DNA of 64,000 nt from positions 62,001 through 126,000 of the forward strand of contig NIVC01000946.1 in NCBI GenBank assembly GCA_002269645.1, read 5' to 3'. The stretch is from Macrostomum lignano (Eukaryota). Shown here piece after piece: positions 10,001 to 20,851 of the stretch. Numbering within the stretch: position 1 is the stretch's first letter; each line of letters starts with the position of its first letter. The position numbers were made by a program, and so were the translations under genes. Below the pieces are notes generated by a model. The model did not search any database. It was given only the letters and a program-made list of their open reading frames with translations, and was not told where the DNA came from.

Positions 10001-13000
10001 AACATTAAAGAGCCGCAATGTCAAACATTAAAGAGCCATCATGTCTAACATTAAACAGCCACCATGTCGAACATTAAAGAGCCACCATGTCGAACATAAA
10101 AGAGCCACCGTGTCTAACATTAAAGAGCCACCATGTCTAACATAAAAGAGCCACCATGTCAAACATATATGTGACTCCATGTCAAACAGTAAAGAGCCAC
10201 CATGTCAAACATAAAAGAGCCACCATGTCGAACATAAAAGAACCACCATGTCCAACATAAAAGAGCCACCATGTCAAACATTAAAGAGCCTCAATGTCAA
10301 ACATTAAAGAGCCACCATGTCGAATATTAAAGAGCCACCATGTCTAACATTATAGAGCCACCATGTCGAACATTAAAGAGCCACTATGTCTAACATTAAA
10401 GAGCTACCATGTCGAATATTAAAGAGCCACCATGTCTAACATTAAAGAGCCACCATGTCGAACATTAAAGAGCCACTATGTCTAACATTAAAGAGCCACC
10501 ATGTCGAATATTAAAGAGCCACCATGTCTAACATTAAAGAGCCACCATGTAAAACATAAAAAAGCCACCATGTCAAACATAAAAGAGCCACCATGTCAAA
10601 CATATATGTGAATCCAGGTCAAACAGTAAAGAGCCACCATGTCAAACATAAAAGAGCCACCATGTCAAACATAAAAGAGCCACCATGTCGAACATTAAAG
10701 AGCCACCATGTCAAACATTAAAGAGCCTCAATGTCAAACATTAAAGAGCCACCATGTCGAATATTAAAGAGCCACCATGTCTAACATTATAGAGCCACCA
10801 TGTCGAACATTAAAGAGCCACTATGTCTAACATTAAAGAGCCACCATGTCGAATATTAAAGAGCCACCATGTCTAACATTAAAGAGCCACCATGTCGAAC
10901 ATTAAAGAGCCACTATGTCTAACATTAAAGAGCCACCATGTCAAACATAAAAGAGCCACCATGTCAAACATAAAAGAGCCACCATGTCAAACATATATGT
11001 GAATCCAGGTCAAACATTAAAGAGCCTCAATGTCAAACATTAAAGAGCCACCATGTCGAATATTAAAGAGCTACCATGTCGAATATTAAAGAGCCACCAT
11101 GTCTAACATTAAAGAGCCACCATGTCGAACATTAAAGAGCCACTATGTCTAACATTAAAGAGCCACCATGTCGAATATTAAAGAGCCACCATGTCTAACA
11201 TTAAAGAGCCACCATGTAAAACATAAAAAAGCCACCATGTCAAACATAAAAGAGCCACCATGTCAAACATATATGTGAATCCAGGTCAAACAGTAAAGAG
11301 CCACCATGTCAAACATAAAAGAGCCACCATGTCGAACATAAAAGAACCACCATGTCCAACATAAAAGAGCCACCATGTCAAACATTAAAGAGCCTCAATG
11401 TCAAACATTAAAGAGCCACCATGTCGAATATTAAAGAGCCACCATGTCTAACATTAAAGAGCCACCATGTCGAACATTAAAGAGCCACTATGTCTAACAT
11501 TATAGAGCCACCATGTCGAATATTAAAGAGCCACCATGTCTAACATTAAAGAGCCACCATGTCGAACATAAAAGAGCCACCACGTCAAACATTTAAGAGC
11601 CACCATGTCTAACATTAAAAAGCCACCATGTCGAACATTAAAGAGCCACCATGTCGAACATAAAAGAGCCACCACGTCAAACATTTAAGAGCCACCATGT
11701 CTAACATTAAAGTGCTACCATGTCGAAAATTAAAAAGCCATCATGTCTAACATAAAAGAGCTACCATGAAGAACATTAAAGAGCCACCTCGTAAAACATT
11801 AAAGAGCCACCTTGTCAAACATAAAAGAGCCACCATGTCAAACATATATGTGACTCCATGTCAAACAGTAAAGAGCCACCATGTCAAGCATAAAAGAGCC
11901 ACCATGTCGAACATAAAAGAGCCCTCATGTCAAACATTAAAGAGCCACCATGTCAAGCATAAAAGAGCCACCATGTAGAACATAAAAGAACCACCATGTC
12001 CAACATAAAAGAGCCACCATGTCAAACATTAAAGAGCCGCAATGTCAAACATTAAAGAGCCATCATGTCTAACATTAAACAGCCACCATGTCGAACATTA
12101 AAGAGCCACCATGTCGAACATAAAAGAGCCACCGTGTCTAACATTAAAGAGCCACCATGTCTAACATTTAAGAGCCACCATGTCTAACATTAAAGAGCCA
12201 CCATGTCTAACATTAAAGAGCCACCATGTCGAACATTAAAGAGCCACCATGTCGAACATAAAAGAGCCACCATGTCAAACATTTAGGAGCCACCATGTCA
12301 AACATAAAATTTACACAATTTCAAACGTAAAAGTAAGCGTCATGCCAATTTTAAAGGAGCCACTATAGAGCTAAGGAAATTGTAGCACTAGCTACCGGGT
12401 ACTTATTGTATGGTGGATGCTTACTATTTGGGGATGCTTGCTATCTGGGGGATGCTTGCTATTTGGGGGATGCTTGCTGTCTTGGGATGATTTCTTTTTG
12501 CATTACACTTTATTTGAGCAGTTTGTCTGTCGTCTTTGTGAAGGCTTTTTTGGCTATCTTTTTGTTACTTGTAGAGAACAGAGATTCTATCCAGATGTCC
12601 CCCAACGGGGGCGAAGATTGCTAGTTTGTAACTAAAAATATTTTTGCCGCAGCCAATCATGGACCTAGCCATCAGTCCGGAGGGCGGCCTGGTCGCCACC
12701 TGCGGTCTAGACGGTATCGTGTACTTCTTTCAAGTTGAATGGGAAGACGGACTGTTGCAGGCTAGGTAAGAGAAATGAATCTCTTTGATATGCTTGGCTC
12801 ATTTCCCCAGGCCAGCTATAAACTATTATTGACTTCTCTTATCGTTCGCAGTCAAATGCCCGATCCGTGGAAGCCGCACGAGGGCAGGCCGGTCTATCGC
12901 GTGCTATTCTTGGACGATGTGCGCGGCGTTAAAAAGGAGTGAGTGTACTTCAAGCCTAGTTTTAATGTACATTGGCTAGCATCGGCAAGCACTCCCCCAT

Positions 13001-16000
13001 GCCAGGCCCTCAATGTACATTGGCTAGCATCGGCAAGTACTCCCCCATGCCGGGCCCTCAATGTACATTGGCTAGCATCGGCAAGTACTCCCCCATGCCG
13101 GGCCCTCAATGTACAGTGGCTAGCATCGGCAAGCACTCCCCCATGCCGGACCCTCAATGTACATTGGCTAGCATCGGCAAGCACTCCCCCAGCCGGACCC
13201 TCAATGTACATTGGCTAGCATCGGCAAGCACTACCCCATGCCGTCCTCACAATGTACATTGGCTAGCATCGGCAAGCACTCCCCCATGCCGGCCCCCATT
13301 ACAGCGTACAGTTCTGCTGCCACGCCATCACCTGCGGCGAGTTCAACCGCGAATTGAAACTGTGGCGCATGGACAACTGGGCCTGCCTGCAGACTCTCCA
13401 ATTCGCTTCGCCGGCCGGCGAACGTCCGCCTGAATTGAAAATCGCCTGCGACTCCAGCGGCCGATATGTTGTGCTAACTGACTCCACCCGGTCGGTGTTC
13501 TACGTGGCCGAGTTCTGCTCGACTGACGCAGGCGGCGGACCGGCGCTGACCTGCCTGACCGAATTTGTCATCGCCGATCCGTGCATTGATTTCTCCATCG
13601 CCTCGCTTAAGCCTGCCAAATCAACTGCTGCGCTGGCTTCCACTGGCGCGATTGGCAGCGGAGAGTCTGCCCAGACTCTGCACCTGCAGACGGTGAGCCG
13701 CTGCGATCTGTATTCTCCCTAATTACACAGTGAACTCGCAATTTTTCTCTGCATAAACTGATCAAATGGTTATTTAATTACTGGTAGGGAGCGAATAAGT
13801 CACTTAACTGTGTAGGTCAACGTAGGTCAACTTGGGTCGATCAGTGGGTCTGAAAATGGCTCAATGATTGTGTAAATGAATTGTTCAAAGACTGAATTTA
13901 TCAGTGGGTCAAAGAATAGGTCAATCAGTAGGTCAATAACTGGGTCAACCAATGGGTCAATCAGTGGGTCAACAAATAGGCCAATCAGTGGACCAACAAG
14001 TGGGTCAACAAATAGGCCAATCAGTGGATCAACAAGTGGGTCAACAAATAGGCCAATCAGTGGATCAACAAGTGGGTCAACAAATAGGCCAATCAGTGGA
14101 TCAACAAGTGGGTCAAAAAATAGGCCAATCAGTGGATCAACAAGTGGGTCTAAGAATGGGTCAATCAGTGGGTCAAAGAAAGGGTCAATCAGTGGGTCAA
14201 CGATTGGTTCAATCAATGGGTCAATCAGTGGGTCAAAGAATGGGTCAATCAGTAGGTCAAATAATGGGTCAGCCAGTGGGTCAACGAATGGGTCGGCCAG
14301 TGGGTCAATGAATGGGTCGGCCAGTGGGTCAACGAATGGGTCAATCAGTAGGTCAACGAATGGGTCAGCCAGTGGGTCAACGAATGGGTCGGCCAGTGGG
14401 TCAACGAATGGGTCAATCAGTAGGTCAACGAATGGGTCAGCCAGTGGGTCAACGAATGGGTCAGCCAGTGGGTCAACGAATGGGTCAATCAGTAGGACAA
14501 AAATGGGTCAATCAGTGGGTCAGCAGAGTGGATAATTCAATAAGTCAACGAATGGGTCAATCAAGGTATTAACGAATACTTCAGTGGGTGGATCATCGAA
14601 TGAGTCATTTAGTAGGTCGTTCTAAGAACTAATATTGAACTTACTCGGTATCGTTTATAACAAAAACTCCCAAGTCATGTTCAATAATTAAGAGAATGAA
14701 CATGATAAACACTTTCTCCCTTCTCTCTTTACCAGGTGGGCCCCAGAGCCCTGCAGAATCACTTCATAACCTTCGCTCCGTCGTTCGCCTCCGGTGCGGC
14801 GCCGTCTTCGCCAGCCGCCGCTGCCTCGTCGGGGCCGGCGTCAGCGGCCGCCACGCCGCGCAGTCTGGGCAATTCCACCGACGTCGATCTGCTGTTGGCA
14901 TCCGGCAGCAGCGCGGCCGGTAGCGGCGGTTTCGGCCGAGCCGGCACGGCTGTCGATAGTTCCACCGTTACCATAGTAACCGGACTAGCGTCGCCAGTTG
15001 GCAGCTCAGTTGTCGGCAGTCGGGACGTTGCCGTGGCCGCCGTCGCCGCTTCCGCCGCTGCCGATGCCGCTGCTGACGTAGATGACGCTGAGCCTGCTGA
15101 CGATGACGCCGAGGTGTCGCAGCTGATGTCACAGCGCGCGACAGACGCCGGAGACGACGCTATCGACATGCCACCGCCGCCGCCGACCAACGGCGACGAA
15201 GAGGACGACACTAATGCCATCGAGCCAGACGAAGATGACGACGAAGGCGATGAAGAAGAAGAAGAAGAAGGGCAGCAAGACGAGGGAGAGGCTGGAGGTC
15301 AGCAGCGAGACGACCTGCTGATTCTGCCAGACAGCCCAGATGACAACGACGATAATGACCGTCAGTCCGGTCGGGCCGGCGACAACGACGAAGATGATGA
15401 GGACACCGAGGAGGACGGCTGCGTTGAGGAGGACGACGAACGGGCCGCCGCCGTGGCCGACTTGGCGGCTGCCGCGGTGGCTGCGGCGGCGGACAGCGGG
15501 GGTGCCGGCGATCGGCCGAGCTCAGCGCCGAAAAAGTCCCCAGTTACGAATATCGCGTCGTCGAACTCGGCGCTGACAGCCGCTGTCGCGTCGGCGGCAT
15601 CGTCGGCCGCTGCGTCGGCTGTCGGCTCAGCGGTTGGCGACCTTCGCCAGCTGGCCGAGGCTTCCAGGCTGCAGTCGCAGCAGCTGGCTGAACTCCAGCG
15701 CCAAGTGGCCGGCCAGGCAGCCCAGCTGGCCTTGCTGGCCGATCAGCACCGGCAGGCAGAGCGGCAGCTTCGATCAGATCAGCAGGACACCCTGGCCGGT
15801 ATCCGGCAGGCTGCGCTGACTTCGCTTGACCGGCTGCAGCAGGAGGTCCGCGACGAGGTGCACCGGGAGATGTCGGCTACGAATGCCGCCGTCCAGGAAA
15901 ATATCACTAAGTTTATTCGATCGAAAGGCACCGTTGATACTATTGGCAAAACCACTGCTCAGTGTGTGCAGGTGAGCAGATCTTTCTATGTTTTGATTGC

Positions 16001-18775
16001 TGTTTCTTTAGTTCTTAGTTTGTTAGTTTAGCTACTTGTTAGTTAGTCAATTAGTCACTTAGCTACTCAGTCAGCCGGTCAGTTGGCTACTCAACTAGCT
16101 ACTCAGCTAGCTACTCAGCTTGCTACTCAACTGGCTACTCAGCTAGCTACTCAGCTAGCTACTCAGTCAGCTACTCAGCTAGCTACTCAGTTGGCTATTC
16201 AGCTAACTACTCAGTTGGCTACTCAGTTAGCTACTCAGCTACTCAGTTAGCTACTCAGCTACTCAGTTAGCTACTCAGCTACTCAGTTAGCTACTCAGCT
16301 ACTCAGTTAGCTACTCAGCTACTCAGCTAGTTCCGTTCGTCACCCGCGCTGCGGAATCGAACATTGATATTTATTGTTTCTCTACAACCAATTTGCAATC
16401 CAGGGCCCCCTGGTGAATGCCTACAAGGACATGTGCAACAACCTGTTGTTCCCCCGGCTGGAACAGATGAGCCAGGAGCTGTTCACGCAGCTTAACACCG
16501 CTTTCAGCGCAGGTCTCAACGAACTCATAGCTAAGGTGCGTGAAGAGACCGAGGCCATTGCCAGAGAGCAGACTCTGGTTAAGAACAAGGAGATTAGCAG
16601 TCTGAAAGCTGCCTGCACCGATGTGAAATCTGATCTGCGCTCCACTGCCGAGTCTATTCGGAAGGAGGTGAGAATGCCGTTTTTTAGACAATCGCTATCT
16701 ACTCAGCTACTCAGCTAGCTACGCAGCTAGCTACTTAGTCAGCTACTCAGTCAGCTACTCAGCTAGCTACTTGGTCAGCTACTCAGCTAGCTACTTGGTC
16801 AGCTACTCAGCTAGCTACTTGGTCAGCTACTCAGCTAGCTACTTGGTCAGCTACTCAACTATTCAATCAGCTACTCAGCTAGCTACTTAGTCAGCTACTC
16901 AGCTAGCTACTTAGTCAGCTACTCAGTCAGCTACTCAGCTAGCTACTTGGTCAGCTACTCAGCTAGCTACTTGGTCAGCTACTCAACTATCCAATCAGCT
17001 ACTCAGCTAGCTACTTAGTTAGCTACTTAGTAGCTTCTCGAACCATCGTGATAGTCGCCTTCAACTCGGCCTTTCAACCGCCAGAATAATCAACCAGGAT
17101 TACATGGATAATCCCCTTCCCTAAATATTCCCTCTCAGGTTGACAACTCCCTGGCCCGTCTGGGCGAGCAGCAGCAGCAGCAGCAGCGCCAATTTCTGGA
17201 ACAACACCAGCGGCTGATGCAGGAGCAGCAGCAGATGTTCCAACAACAAATGCAGCAACAGATGCAACAGCTGTTCCAGCAGCAGCAGCAACAGCAGCAG
17301 GACACACAGCAGCAACAGCAGCAACGCCTGGCTCTGCGCTCAACCCTGGTGACGCCGGTGCCGCAGAAGCAGCAGGAGCAACGCCGCATAGAAGACTATC
17401 GCGAGGCGGTGAACTCGGCTTTGGCTATGCAAGACTACAATCGGGCTTTCAAGGAGGCGCTGTCGTCTACTAGACTCGAACTGGTGCTGGATCTGTGCAA
17501 CAGAGTCAAACCTTTTGACCTGTTCCGGTCGCCCAATCTGGAGCAGCAGGTTATCTTGTCGCTGATTCAGCAGCTGGGACGAAACCTGCTTGAGCGGACC
17601 AAGTTGAAGTGCGACTATCTGCAGGTAACCGAGTGGGTCGGGTCATGAGTGGTCATTAAGTCATTGAGCGAGTCATTCAGTGTCATTGAATGCATCGAGT
17701 CATCAGTAGGTAGGTCATTAGTGGGTCGTTATAACTGAGTTAGTCAATAGGTCATTGAGTGAGTCACTGTGTTGCACTGAGTGAGTCACTGTGTTGCATT
17801 GAGTGAGTCACTGTGTTGCATTGAGTGAGTCACTGTGTTGCATTGAGTGAGTCACTGTGTTGCACTGAGTGAGTCACTGTGTTGCATTGAGTGAGTCACT
17901 GTGTTGCATTGAGTGAGTCACTGTGTTGCATTGAGTGAGTCACTGTGTTGCATTGAGTGAGTCACTGTGTTGCATTGAGTGAGTCACTGTGTTGCATTGA
18001 GTGAGTCACTGTGTTGCATTGAGTGAGTCACTGTGTGGCATTGAGTGAGTCACTGTGTTGCATTGAGTGAGTCACTGTGTTGCACTGAGTGAGTCACTGT
18101 GTTGCATTGAGTGAGTCACTGTGTTGCATTGAGTGAGTCACTGTGTTGCATTGAGTGAGTCACTGTGTTGCATTGAGTGAGTCACTGTGTTGCATTGAGT
18201 GAGTCACTGTGTTGCATTGAGTGAGTCACTGTGTTGCATTGAGTGAGTCACTGTGTTGCATTGAGTGAGTCACTGTGTGGCATTGAGTGAGTCACTGTGT
18301 TGCATTGAGTGAGTCACTGTGTGGCATTGAGTGAGTCACTGTGTGGCATTGAGTGAGTCACTGTGTTGCATTGAGTGAGTCACTGTGTGGCATTGAGTGA
18401 GTCACTGTGTTGCATTGAGTGAGTCACTGTGTGGCATTGAGTGAGTCACTGTGTGGCATTGAGTGAGTCACTGTGTTGCATTGAGTGAGTCACTGTGTGG
18501 CATTGAGTGAGTCACTGTCTTGCATTGAGTGAGTCACTGTGGCACTGAGTGAGTCATTGAGCCGCCCCATCCCGCAACCCACCCGAACCCAGGAGTCATT
18601 CGACTATCTCCGCCCAGAGGAGTCGGTGGTCCGCGAGCACGGCAAGCGAGTACTGCAGCACCTGGTCAAACGAATTGACGAGCTGAACTGCGACCCCACC
18701 GACCAGTTCGCTTACCGCACGGTTCGACGAGTCCGCATGCTGGCTACCGGATTCATCAATGAGCACCTGGTGTAG
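4055..18775 (+). CDS. EDC4: Enhancer of mRNA decapping protein 4 (Ge-1/Varicose family): WD40 propeller, acidic low-complexity linker, coiled-coil C-terminus; 1184 aa
   Basis: Exons 4055-4074, 4910-5234, 6258-6710, 12653-12765, 12852-12938, 13305-13692, 14736-15971, 16404-16667, 17139-17624, 18593-18775. All GT-AG and phase-compatible (3555 nt). Motifs KFAWTQQFYNGHLVAS, KGYASRVVDIAFAH, LAISPEGGLVATCGLDG, WKPHEGRP, NRELKLWRMDNWACLQT and EQQVILSLIQQLG match EDC4. The 20-nt first exon is inferred from phase fit. AATAAA at 19260. Confidence 0.93.
4143..4852 (+). repeat. 16-bp minisatellite, EDC4 intron 1
   Basis: Unit GGTCAGTGACTGTTTG with GGTCATTGA variants. Confidence 0.95.
5272..6137 (+). repeat. 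20-bp minisatellite, EDC4 intron 2
   Basis: Unit ACTGAGTCACTTGCACAGTC, about 43 copies in exact 20-bp register. Confidence 0.97.
6770..6957 (+). repeat. Short ~24-bp tandem repeat, EDC4 intron 3
   Basis: GTGCACAGGTGTGCGATTCTCATG and variants, about 6 copies. Confidence 0.8.
7455..7534 (+). other. tRNA-derived (Ser-GCT-like) Pol III cassette remnant inside the Helitron
   Basis: A-box-like TAGCATAGATG (7458-7468), arm CTGGA-CTGCTAA-TGCAG with one mismatch, B-box GGTTCGAATC (7501-7510), T7 run (7528-7534). No intact acceptor stem seen. Confidence 0.55.
7585..12305 (+). repeat. 23-bp minisatellite (about 200 units) with higher-order duplications, inside the Helitron
   Basis: Unit CCACCATGTCRAACATTAAAGAG; diagnostic variant blocks recur at a 1955-bp (85-unit) offset. 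Confidence 0.97.
12960..13295 (+). repeat. 48-bp minisatellite, EDC4 intron 5
   Basis: AATGTACATTGGCTAGCATCGGCAAGCACTCCCCCATGCCGGGCCCTC, about 7 copies, ending about 10 nt before the acceptor. Confidence 0.95.
13830..14570 (+). repeat. Degenerate 12/24-bp minisatellite, EDC4 intron 6
   Basis: GGGTCAATCAGT / GGGTCAACGAAT alternation; produces the spurious SGST-rich ORF. Confidence 0.9.
16040..16330 (+). repeat. AGCTACTCAG-family minisatellite, EDC4 intron 7
   Basis: Units TTAGCTACTCAG / CTAGCTACTCAG (8-12 bp). Confidence 0.9.
16695..17035 (+). repeat. AGCTACTCAG-family minisatellite, EDC4 intron 8
   Basis: Same core as the intron 7 array, with CTTGGTC variants. Confidence 0.9.
17755..18555 (+). 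repeat. 22-bp minisatellite, EDC4 intron 9
   Basis: GAGTGAGTCACTGTGTTGCATT, about 36 copies. Confidence 0.97.
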
Positions 18776-19386
18776 ATCGCTCTCGGCTTGATTCTCCGCA
18801 TTTCTTAAACACAATTCGACTCTAACATGAAGTTTATCGACTCTGTAGTGCAAGTGTTTTATTAGCAGTTTTACTGTTCAAATTTGTTGTTTCAAAAGTT
18901 GGCGTTATTTTATTACTGTTGTTTATTCAGAATTAATATTTATGCCGCTAACCGCAGCTGGTACTGCTGCTGTGTGTCTCTTCTCTCGCCTCTCTACTCT
19001 CTTACCTCCCTTTCCTTCTCTCTCCCCCTCCTCCCCTCTCCTCCTCCCCTCCTCCCCTCTCCTCCTCCCCCCGTACTATAGCTTGTAGCAACCGGTGCGT
19101 GTGCTAAGGTGTTGCTTTAATATATACGTATACCTGTGTGGCTATTTTCTTATTCAGCAGCTCTCAGTCTCGTTGATCTTGTTACTTTTTTAAAAAATTC
19201 CTGTGTCCCCTTGTTTCTTTGTTACTTAACCTCTGTTCCGACGCTTGCTTGGCCAAGTAAATAAAATATGTTTTTACTAAAAAACAGTATTGGGGTTTTT
19301 TCTGTACCCCTAGTCTGCTTTCTTTTACTTTGCTGTTAGCTGCTAGTTGAGATAGTATTAGTAGCAGGGCAGAGCTACATCAAAGA

Positions 19387-19398
19387 CTACTACTACTG

Positions 19399-19445
<47 letters not shown>

Positions 19446-19449
19446 GCTG

Positions 19450-19508
<59 letters not shown>

Positions 19509-19509
19509 G

Positions 19510-19551
<42 letters not shown>

Positions 19552-19597
19552 TTACTACTACTACTATTACTACTACTACTGCTACTACTACTACTAT

Positions 19598-19664
<67 letters not shown>

Positions 19665-19665
19665 G

Positions 19666-19722
<57 letters not shown>
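19387..19722 (+). repeat. (TAC)n microsatellite
   Basis: About 110 trinucleotide units with occasional TGC/TAT variants. Confidence 0.97.
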
Positions 19723-19934
19723 GTCTGTTAGAAAGTCAGGGCCGCTTTGCACCCTGTGTGACCCCTGCCAGCGCAATGGGCATGAAAGGCTTGTTGCCTT
19801 TTCACTGGCTGCGGGTCGACTGTCGTCTTAATTTGCGACAGCGCCCAAAGACCCCCAAACTGACTACTGTTATTAATTGAAGTAGTATTATTGTATTTGT
19901 ACTATGCATGCATGCCTAAGCACTACTATGTTAT

Positions 19935-20015
19935 CTACTCAGTTAGCTACTCAATTAGCTACTCAATTAGCTACTCAGTTAGCTACTCAGTTAGCTACTC
20001 AGTTAGCTACTCAGC
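19935..20015 (+). repeat. AGCTACTCAG-family minisatellite upstream of TMEM192-like exon
   Basis: TTAGCTACTCAG, about 6 copies. Confidence 0.85.
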
Positions 20016-20070
20016 CAGCGGAGTAAATCTAAAAAGAATCATAACAAAAACGACTTCTGTCTTCGCTAAG

Positions 20071-20819
20071 ATCGGCTGCCTCCGGTTCGTTGGCCATCAG
20101 CCAACAGCAGCCACAGCCGGCAACACTGCCCGTCAACCTAGCGAATTACGACAGCGACTCTAACGGCGCCGACAATAACGGCGAATATTCGTCGCCGACG
20201 GTTCCGCTGCTGTCAGGCCGGCAACACGCCTTTAGGATTCGGTTTAGTCCCAGTAGCGAGAGATTCGATAAGTTAAACGACGCAGAGGACGCTGAGGGCA
20301 GCGGCCTGTGCTGCAGCTGCTGCTTCCGGCGCTTTCGACACAGACGGCCGGATTTGTTTTGCGTCTGCTTCTGCATTGCCACACTGCTGGGCTATGTGAG
20401 CTGCCGACTGGTGGTGTTATAGTCTATTGATTTCAAACAGTTTGTTAGGTATATGGATTCTGTAAACATGGAGGTCGCAGTCTCCGGGCTCAGGTGAAAC
20501 AGCTTTAGGGAATTATAGTTTTTTCAGATAAAAAACTCGATGAATGGTGTATGCAAAGTCTTGTACTGTGACTGCGGATATCTTATTGTCAGTTTCTTAG
20601 AGATTGAGCTGATTCGTCATAATGATTGTTCTGATGATGATGATGTGAGATCATGATGATTGTTCTGATGATCATGATGTTCATGATCATGATGATGATG
20701 ATGATGTGAGATCATGATGATGATGATGTGAGATCATGATGATTATTCTGATGATGATGATGTGAGATCATAATGATTATTCTGATGATGATGATGATGT
20801 GAGATCATAATGGTTATTC

Positions 20820-20851
<32 letters not shown>

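Larger units (their letters stand above)
6971..12624 (+). mobile_element. Non-autonomous Helitron-like element (5.65 kb) in EDC4 intron 3
   Basis: 5' end A|TCCTATATACTAAAAATGAG followed by a (GGTA)n microsatellite. 3' end has a CCCCC-AAC-GGGGG hairpin (12599-12611), then GATTG-CTAG|T. Inserted between A and T with no TSD. No RepHel ORF. Confidence 0.75.

Noticed and set aside
13876-14535. SGST-rich mucin- or ice-nucleation-like ORF
   Set aside because: Lies wholly within EDC4 intron 6, whose flanking exons join in frame without it.
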